From Nemertoderma westbladi (taxonomy: Eukaryota; Animalia; Xenacoelomorpha): a stretch of 64,000 bases of DNA. The notes under the pieces are model-generated. The model saw nothing but the letters and a program-made list of their open reading frames with translations, was not told the DNA's origin and did no database searches. Positions 1 through 7,600 of this stretch are shown here, one piece after another (position 1 is the stretch's first letter; each line of letters starts with the position of its first letter). The stretch spans positions 62,001-126,000 of the forward strand of contig JAUCBJ010008467.1 in NCBI GenBank assembly GCA_032718475.1, given 5' to 3'. The position numbers and the translations under genes are program-made.

Positions 1-462
1 ATGAAGGCCCAGGAGTTCTGGTGGGGCTTCTTCAACATTATTATAGAAGCCCACCAGCAGATCACCAAGAGGAGACTACCATTTACGTATCAGGAGGTAG
101 CGACAGCGGCATCATACGGAGGGTTCATCAACACCCAAAGATATCTGGACAGATGGTCACCAGGAAATAGGATAGAATTCAGGGACTTTCTGGCGGAACA
201 CATGCCGCGTGCGATGAAGATGATCTTGTGGGACACTGCCAGGGGGAAACACGAGGGACACTCAGTGGGACCACCTGCGAAGCAATACCATGAGTTAATA
301 ACACCCGCGCCCAAAGAACCGACAACGGGGCTTGGTAAAATGGTATCAGTGAGGATGAGTAGCCTCAAGGGTAAACAGGAAGGGAGGAAGCGACCCAGGC
401 AGGACGACGATAGGGGCAAGGAACTTAGATGGTTCCCGGAGGGTGTGGGAGGAGCGATGTAG
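1..462 (+). CDS. Hypothetical 153-aa ORF, possibly the C-terminal part of a longer ORF, inside the putative retrotransposon
   Basis: Open frame from ATG at 1 to TAG at 460-462 with non-repetitive composition and a basic RKRPR patch. No domain recognised. The frame upstream of position 1 cannot be seen. Confidence 0.35.
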   Translation: MKAQEFWWGFFNIIIEAHQQITKRRLPFTYQEVATAASYGGFINTQRYLDRWSPGNRIEFRDFLAEHMPRAMKMILWDTARGKHEGHSVGPPAKQYHELITPAPKEPTTGLGKMVSVRMSSLKGKQEGRKRPRQDDDRGKELRWFPEGVGGAM

Positions 463-579
463 AACTCTAGGACAAGCGATGTCAATGTGCCTGGAAGGCA
501 CCATATGGACAGACCAGTACAAATAACTCCTAAGTGCAATTAACTAAGTGTAATTAGTATGTACGTAGGTAATTAATCA

Positions 580-607
580 ATATATATATATATACAATAC
601 ATATATA
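580..607. repeat. (AT)n microsatellite, interrupted
   Basis: ATATATATATATATACAATACATATATA read directly from the sequence. Confidence 0.85.
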
Positions 608-1153
608 AGCATAATATACGTACTATAGTCAGATATAACCTTTTCCAATTAGCTACTGGGACTGGGGACTAATTGACTGAAACAGGAGGACGAGACATTA
701 GACGGATCACACTTCTTGAGTGCGAGGGCATAAACGAGAATGTGAGGCCTGACAGAAGTGCGTGGGGATAAAACGGGTTGAGTATGGGAAGACTATGGGG
801 AGGAAGTGCTAGGGTAAGAGGAAGCAGAAGGGTGCGAGATTCAAGGGTGGGGAGCGAGCATGGAGGGGGGCGAGTCCTAAGAGACTAATAAGAGAGGAAA
901 GGACAACGAAGTCCGAGAGATAAAATTGTGTGAGGAATGAGGGCGATCGTCTAAAACAGAGACGCCAGATACCTTGGTACAGCTTAGCTCGCAGATGTAC
1001 CAAGGATGGGTAGTGAAAACAGACCCATGGGGGGCAGCCAGGAAAGCTGACCCCGAGAAGAAAATTCCACCCCACATCCAATATTAGATTGGATTCCAGC
1101 GGAATTGAAAGGCACTTAAGGTTGATGCTATCTTCTCACCGGGAAGATATCAT

Positions 1154-1168
1154 GGGGGGGGGGGGGGG
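1154..1168 (+). other. Polypurine tract (plus-strand primer site) of the putative LTR element
   Basis: 15 consecutive G immediately 5' of TGTAAG, the expected PPT-LTR junction. Confidence 0.6.
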
Positions 1169-1792
1169 TGTAAGCGGATTCAATTCCCTGCACTACCCAG
1201 CGGAAAATGGGCGAAGTGGCATTTTACCAATTATAGTTGGGAAGGTGACATTACCAATAATAATGTCACCTAATAACCAACTTAGGCGATACACGTCGCC
1301 AGCCACAAAGAAAGTTAAGAGGTCATAAACCATCTCAAAGGGACAAAGGGGCTAGCAGGGCTAGCACATGGGGATAGTGGCAGCAGGGAGTGGCAAGATG
1401 GAGATTAATCGGGTTAGCCAATGATGGGAAGGGAAAACAGGTGATTGGAACGCATCTATTGGCCAGGCCACTCAATACAGTAGCAGTGATTAATATGTGT
1501 TAATAATATAATCGTTGTACTTGTGGATTATGATTCAGTTGGTATCTGTAGAGTTGTGAGACTGGAACGATTTTTAACCATCATCGTCATTACCATGCTA
1601 TTATATTCTGACTGTGCTATTATTATGTTCTGTGATTATAACAACTGACACTAAAAACTCTGTTATTCCAACGGCCTTCGGCCTCATTATCCAGACCACA
1701 GCCTTTCAGCAGCCTACGGACGCGGCGACGCAAATAATACCAAAACAACACACCAGTCGGGGTTTAGCAACCAACTCCTAAGTCCCGTCACA
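1169..1792 (+). repeat. Putative 3' LTR (~624 bp); alternative right end at 1797 (TTACA)
   Basis: Starts TGT after the PPT and ends ...GTCACA. It contains several CCAAT/ATTGG boxes (~1225, 1253, 1418, 1444, 1458) and TATAAT at 1507-1512. The second LTR copy is not in the window. Confidence 0.55.
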
Positions 1793-1945
1793 TTACATGA
1801 AAACAAAGGAAATTATAGCAGATTGGATACAGAAAATACCATGCCAAAGTTTAGAAGTAGTGAGTGAGCAGTGAGCCATTAAACTCCCAGGTTGTAGTAT
1901 GAATACTTCTACTACTACGATCGGCATGCTGCATTGCACCTGCAT

Positions 1946-1975
1946 TATATATATATATATATATTACATATATAT
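1946..1975. repeat. (TA)n microsatellite, interrupted
   Basis: TATATATATATATATATATTACATATATAT read directly from the sequence. Confidence 0.85.
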
Positions 1976-1976
1976 T

Positions 1977-2176
1977 AAGAATGCTGTGCCGACTTGTCAA
2001 CACAATTGTGCCACCACAATGACCTTTAAGATGCGTCTCAAGCAAGTCATGGGCCGCCCAGTCCACCATTCTTATTCACTCCATGAGACCCCTAGAGCAT
2101 AATATTATGCACTGACTGGCCTTAATGGCGAAAGCAATGTCCTGCAAAGTGGAGGCAGTTCCTTTAAAGTGTCAAG
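1977..2176 (+). mobile_element. Probable 5'-truncated CR1/L2-like LINE remnant (ORF2 C-terminus plus 3' UTR)
   Basis: Translation KNAVP-x7-T-x3-FKMRLK (1977-2042) has the spacing of the WNxLP-x7-S-x3-FKxxL motif that ends CR1/L2-clade ORF2. It is followed by ~130 nt with small hairpins (GCC-TTAAT-GGC; CTGC-N9-GCAG). It starts directly after a (TA)n tract. Confidence 0.45.
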
Positions 2177-2344
2177 CCAGGGGAAACTAATGTTGTACAG
2201 AGTATGATTTGAGATGTGTTCATTGTACTTGACACAATGTACCCGGTAGAGGATTCTTGTGAAAGTGCAAAGTTGTATGAATGCTCCAATGGGGAGTCCC
2301 GCGAGTTTGAGTTAGAGTCAACCAGGTAGGTTTGAGCTACAGTA

Positions 2345-2694
2345 GTAAGAGGTAGGTAGGGAAAATGTAACCGGTTTGAGCTAGTAAGAGGTAGGTAGGG
2401 AAAATGTAACCGGTTTGAGCTAGTAAGAGGTAGGTAGGGAAAATGTAACCAGTTTGAGAAAGTAAGAGGTAGGTAGGGAAAATGTAACCAGTTTGAGAAA
2501 GTAAGAGGTAGGTAGGGAAAATGAAACTAGTTTGAGAAAGTAAGAGTTGGTAGGGAAAATGTAACCAATTTGAGAAAGTAAGAGGTAGGTAGGGAAAATG
2601 TAACCAGTTTGAGCGAGTAAGAGGTAGGTAGGGAAAGTGTAACCGGTTTGAGCGAGTAAGAGGTAGGTAGGGAAAATGTAACCAGTTTGAGAAA
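2345..2694. repeat. Minisatellite, 9 copies of a 39-bp purine-rich unit GTAAGAGGTAGGTAGGGAAAATGTAACC(A/G)GTTTGAG(CTA/AAA/CGA)
   Basis: Units start at 2345, 2384, 2423, 2462, 2501, 2540 (38 bp), 2578, 2617 and 2656. A degenerate partial unit lies at ~2321-2344. Confidence 0.95.
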
Positions 2695-3029
2695 CGGATC
2701 TAGAATGAGAGAGGGACTGTTTGTCCCAGATATCTGGGCATATCCCTCTCAATTTCAATCTCAAAAAGAAAAAAGCTAAATCATTCGTTTACATAACATT
2801 ATTTATGAACAACAATTAGTAACAAAACACACTTTACAATTCCTAAAAAAATACTAGTTAATATACAAACCACTAGGACTATCTACCATTAAACACAAAA
2901 TACTGTACTAGTTTCCAACAGATACTATATAAGCTTAAACATGTTGTTTTATAGCAATCTCCAATGCATTTTAAATACAATCCAGATAATAAAAAAATAT
3001 CTAGAACAAAAATTAATAGTTGCAGAGGC

Positions 3030-3094
3030 TGAACTGGTTAGCGCTACTGATGAGGCTTGATAGGCCGCCGAAACGTACGTATAGCACTGGTTCA
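3030..3094 (+). ncRNA. Type I hammerhead ribozyme (minimal, Penelope-like/retrozyme type)
   Basis: Stem I: GCTA(3043-46)/TAGC(3082-85), extended by TGAACTGGT(3030-38)/ACTGGTTCA(3086-94) with two G-U pairs. Core CTGATGA(3047-53). Stem II: GGC(3054-56)/GCC(3067-69). GAAA(3070-73). Palindromic stem III ACGTACGT(3073-80). Cleavage triplet GUA(3079-81). Confidence 0.85.
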
Positions 3095-3210
3095 ACCCCC
3101 GGTAAAGTGCTTCCTAATTTTTTCCATTTCTGGACAACATTAATATCACATAATTAATTACAGTTGCATTAACTAACAGCTCTACTCCAATTCATATAAT
3201 TATTATTTAG

Positions 3211-3443
3211 AGAATTTAGCTTTGCGTAAGAAAACAGGACAGGACAGTGTGACTGATGGGGGAGTGTCTGATCGAGCTGTTGATGGTAACATTGACGGCA
3301 GATGGAACCGAGATTCCTGTTCTCAATCTGACAACGAAGCACCCCAATATGTCTGGGTTGACTTAGATATGGTCGCATCCGTTAGTACAGTGCAAATATA
3401 CAACCGGAAGGATTGCTGCTCCCACATGATAGCTGGATCCCGG
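3211..3443 (+). CDS. F-type lectin (fucolectin/FTP) domain, N-terminal exon
   Basis: TTTAG acceptor at 3206-3210 (phase 1). Translation NLALRKKTGQDSVTDGGVSDRAVDGNIDGRWNRDSCSQSDNEAPQYVWVDLDMVASVSTVQIYNRKDCCSHMIAGSR has the NLAL, AVDGN, SC, WVDL and NRxDCC hallmarks. Donor GTTTGT at 3444 (phase 0). Confidence 0.9.
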
Positions 3444-4128
3444 GTTTGTTATGAAATTAATTATACTAGTACTACAAAATGTTTGTGTAGATATAAAATA
3501 ATACATAATATATTGTTTTTAAATTAAACAATATCTTTACATTAAATTGGTATGCAATTTAGAGTGCATCGGTACCACTCTTTAGACAGTGGAGCTAAGG
3601 GTTGAATCTTTAAATATTATGAAGGACTTCTGGTTCCCCAGAACCCAGACATCCCACATTACGTGATCAACTGTTATCAAACAAATTCGAACATCTCACT
3701 AGCTAGGCATTGGGTGCAACTGGGCTCGATGCTGTGGTCAATGCTGTGGATCACGTCGTCAGTCATTGTCAATACCTTGAAATCCCAGTTTTATTGGACA
3801 TATATATTAGACAGATATATGGATATATGTCGGGGGCATGATAGGACATAACCAAGGCCCTCTCAGTCTCTGCTAGATTTCTGGAGGTTGATTAATGTAT
3901 GTATGGCCTTTCTTATCAACATGTGATGATCCTCTGCGATCCGGATTTTCTTGGCAATTTCTACCTGAGCCATTCGCACTGTAACTGGATCTGACTGAAC
4001 ATTGATAATGTCCTAGAAGTCCTAGATTATATTAGGTGACAGGGGTACATCAACACATCCATTCTGACCAAACCGGGAGTGCAAACCTCGTCAGTAGGTA
4101 AGCTTCACATGTGATCAAATGTATTGGC

Positions 4129-4160
4129 AACACAAGACACAACAAGACACAAGACACAAC
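4129..4160. repeat. Short imperfect (ACACAAG)n repeat in the lectin intron
   Basis: AACACAAGACACAACAAGACACAAGACACAAC read directly from the sequence. Confidence 0.7.
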
Positions 4161-4260
4161 CTATGACATAAAAAAGTAACTTGAAAGGGATACTGGACCA
4201 TTCATTTCAATGGTGCTTATCATAATAAATCTTAATATGATATGTAAATAATTTGTTAAG

Positions 4261-4459
4261 GTATTCGTTGTTAAAGATATCCAATCATTTCTGAATGAAA
4301 CACATGATGAGAATGACAACACTGCTCAGTGTCCAACCGTATTGTCAGATATTGCTGTAAACGTTATTGATTGTAAAGGACTGTCTGGTAGATATGTTGT
4401 TATATACAGCCTGAGAGATGATGCCTTGACAGTTTGTGAAGTGCAAGTTTATGGAGCAG
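4261..4459 (+). CDS. F-type lectin domain, C-terminal exon (absent from the ORF track); may instead end at TAA 4465-4467
   Basis: AG acceptor at 4259-4260, phase 0, in frame with the previous exon. Translation VFVVKDIQSFLNETHDENDNTAQCPTVLSDIAVNVIDCKGLSGRYVVIYSLRDDALTVCEVQVYGA has the C..GRYV and L..CEV.VY hallmarks. Candidate phase-1 donor CAG|GTTTGT at 4460. Confidence 0.88.
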
Positions 4460-4546
4460 GTTTGTAAAATTTACAGGTTTTAATAAAATGACTTTGTTTT
4501 TTAAGTATAAACGTTTGTGTTGACTTCACGCAGGATGAAGAAATTA

Positions 4547-4684
4547 AGCATAGCATATGACTACCACTATTTCAACCATTATTGCCTAGTTGACCTCTAT
4601 TGGTAGACTGATGATTAAACTATATCAGACAGACCAAGCGGCTGACCAAAAACGGTTGAAACATTTGTACTTCAATGCTAAGCT
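4547..4684. repeat. Imperfect 34-bp inverted repeat (arms 4547-4580 and 4651-4684); possible small non-autonomous DNA element
   Basis: Left arm is AGCATAGCATATGACTACCACTATTTCAACCATT. The reverse complement of the right arm (using the satellite consensus) is AGCATAGCATTGAAGTACAAATGTTTCAACCGTT. About 28 of 35 aligned columns match by eye. The 70-nt spacer contains CAGACAGAC. Confidence 0.7.
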
Positions 4685-7600
4685 CGCCATACAATAATAA
4701 CATTTGTACTTCAATGCTATGCTCGGGCTACAATAATAACATTTGTACTTCAATGCTATGCTCGCCCTACAATAATAACATTTGTACTTCAATGCTATGC
4801 TCGGGCTCGCCCTACAATAATAACATTTGTACTTCAATGCTTTGCTCGGGCTCGCCCTACAATAATAACATTTGTACTTCAATGCTATGCTCGGGCTCGC
4901 CCTACAATAATAACATTTGTACTTCAATGCTATGCTCGGGCTCGCCCTACAATAATAACATTTGTACTTCAATGCTATGCTCGGGCTCGCCCTACAATAA
5001 TAACATTTGTACTTCAATGCTATGCTCGGGCTCGCCCTACAATAATAACATTTGTACTTCAATGCTATACTCGGGCTCGCCCTACAATAATAACATTTGT
5101 ACTTCAATGCTATGCTCGCCCTACAATAATAACATTTGTACTTCAATGCTATGCTCGGGCTCGCCCTACAATAATAACATTTGTACTTCAATGCTATGCT
5201 CGGGCTCGCCCTACAATAATAACATTTGTACTTCAATGCTATGCTCGGGCTCGCCCTACAATAATAACATTTGTACTTCAATGCTATGCTCGGGCTCGCC
5301 CTACAATAATAACATTTGTACTTCAATGCTATGCTCGGGCTCGCCCTACAATAATAACATTTGTAGTTCAATGCTATGCTCGCCCTACAATAATAACATT
5401 TGTACTTCAATGCTATGCTCGGGCTACAATAATAACATTTGTACTACAATGCTATGCTCGGGCTCGCCCTACAATAATAACATTTGTACTTCAATGCTAT
5501 GCTCGGGCTCGCCCTACAATAATAACATTTGTACTTCAATGCTATGCTCGGGCTCGCCCTACAATAATAACATTTGTACTTCAATGCTATGCTCGGACTA
5601 CAATAATAACATTTGTACTTCAATGCTATACTCGGGCTCGCCCTACAATAATAACATTTGTACTTCAATGCTATGCTCGCCCTACAATAATAACATTTGT
5701 ACTTCAATGCTATGCTCGGGCTCGCCCTACAATAATAACATTTGTACTTCAATGCTATGCTCGGGCTCGCCCTACAATAATAACATTTGTACTTCAATGC
5801 TATGCTCGGGCTCGCCCTACAATAATAACATTTGTACTTCAATGCTAAGCTCGGGCTCGCCCTACAATAATAACATTTGTACTTCAATGCTATGCTCGTG
5901 CTCGCCCTACAATAATAACATTTGTACTTCAATGCTATGCTCGGGTTCGCCCTACAATAATAACATTTGTACTTCAATGCTATGCTCGGGCTCGCCCTGC
6001 AATAATAACATTTGTACTTCAAAGCTATGCTGGGGCTCGCCCTACAATAATAACATTTGTACTTCAATTCTATGCTCGGGCTCGCCCTACAATAATAACA
6101 TTTGTACTTCAATGCTATGCTCGGGCTCGCCCTACAATAATAACATTTGTACTTCAATGCTATGCTCGGGCTACAATAATAACATTTGTACTTCAATGCT
6201 ATGCTCCCCCTACAATAATAACATTTGTACTTCAATGCTATGCTCGGGCTCGCCCTACAATAATAACATTTGTACTTCAATGCTATGCTCGGGCTACAAT
6301 AATAACATTTGAACGTCAATGCTGTGCTCGGCCTCGCCCTACAATAATAACATTTGTACTTCAATGCTATGCTCGCCCTACAATAATAACATTTGTACTT
6401 CAATGCTATGCTCGGGCTCGCCCTACAATAATAACATTTGTACTTCAATGCTATGCTCGGGCTACAATAATAACATTTGTACTTCAATGCTATGCTCGGG
6501 CTACAATAATAACATTTGTACTTCAATGCTATGCTCGGGCTACAACAATAACATTTGTACTTCAATGCTATGCTCGGGCTTCAATAATAACATTTGTACT
6601 TCAATGCTATGCTCGGGCTACAATAATAACATTTGTACTTCAATGCTATGCTCGGGCTACAATAATAACATTTGTACTTCAATGCTATGCTCGGGCTACA
6701 ATAATAACATTTGTACTTCAATGCTATGCTCGGGCTACAATAATAACATTTGTACTTCAATGCTATGCTCGGGCTACAATAATAACATTTGTACTTCAAT
6801 GATATGCTCGGGCTCGCCCTACAATAATAACATTTGTAATTCAATGCTATGATCGCCCTACAATAATAACATTTGTACTTCAATGCTATGCTCGGGCTAC
6901 AATAATAACATTTGTACTTCAATGCTATGCTCGCCCTACAATAATAACATTTGTACTTCAATGCTATGCTCGGGCTACAATAATAACATTTGTACTTCAA
7001 TGCTATGCTCGGGCTACAATAATAACATTTGTACTTCAATGCTATGCTCGCCCTACAATAATAACATTTGTACTTCAATGCTATCCTCGGGCTTGCCCTA
7101 CAATAATAACATTTGTACTTCAAAGCTATGCTCGGGCTCGCCCTACAATAATAACATTTGTACTTCAATGCTATGCTCGGGCTACAATAATAACATTTGT
7201 ACTTCAATGCTATGCTCGGGCTACAATAATAACATTTGTACTTCAATGCTATGCTCGGGCTCGCCCTACAATAATAACATTTGTACTTCAATGCTATGCT
7301 CGCCCTACAATAATAACATTTGTAATTCAATGCTATGATCGCCCTACAATAATAACATTTGTACTTCAATGCTATGCTCGGGCGACAATAATAACATTTG
7401 TACTTCAATGCTATGCTCGCCCTACAATAATAACATTTGTACTTCAATGCTATGCTCGGGCTACAATAATAACATTTGTACTTCAATGCTATGCTCGTGC
7501 TACAATAATAACATTTGTACTTCAATGCTATGCTCGGGCTCGCCCTACAATAATAACATTTGTACTTCAATGCTATGCTCGCCCTACAATAATAACATTT

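Larger units (their letters stand above)
1..1792 (+). mobile_element. 3' end of a probable LTR retrotransposon (Ty3/gypsy-like end architecture); 5' part lies outside the window
   Basis: A purine-rich + strand leads to a G15 tract (1154-1168) directly followed by TGTAAGCGGA. About 620 bp later the segment ends in TCCCGTCACA, an imperfect inverted repeat of that start (7/10). No gag/pol motif is visible, so the superfamily is not established. Confidence 0.6.

Noticed and set aside
90-1328. Short ORFs 90-539(-), 809-1081(-), 877-1077(-) and 1089-1328(+)
   Set aside because: They are antisense shadows of purine-rich sequence or span the PPT/LTR junction, and show no domain features.
2108-2146. 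CTGACTG-GCC-TTAAT-GGC-GAAAGC resembles a hammerhead
   Set aside because: The core reads CUGACUG rather than CUGANGA and stems I and III are not convincing. It is better explained as a LINE 3' UTR hairpin.
2345-2694. Both tandem repeats in the window have a 39-bp unit; 114-aa minus-strand ORF at 2420-2764
   Set aside because: The two units share no sequence similarity and the large satellite appears to derive from a 45-mer, so the length match is treated as coincidence. The ORF is a repeat by-product.
3444-3527. C-terminal part of the 3222-3527 ORF (VCYEINY...)
   Set aside because: This is read-through into an AT-rich intron. Lectin similarity stops at the GT donor at 3444 and resumes at 4261.
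3863-4012. Minus-strand open stretch DIINVQSDPVTVRMAQVEIAKKIRIAEDHHMLIRKAIHTLINLQKSSRD after TTCTAG
   Set aside because: Only ~49 codons with no recognisable motif and no partner exon. It may be TE debris, but a call cannot be supported without a search.
4060-4100. CTGACGAG on the minus strand (hammerhead core-like)
   Set aside because: No GAAA or stem II partner follows at a suitable distance.
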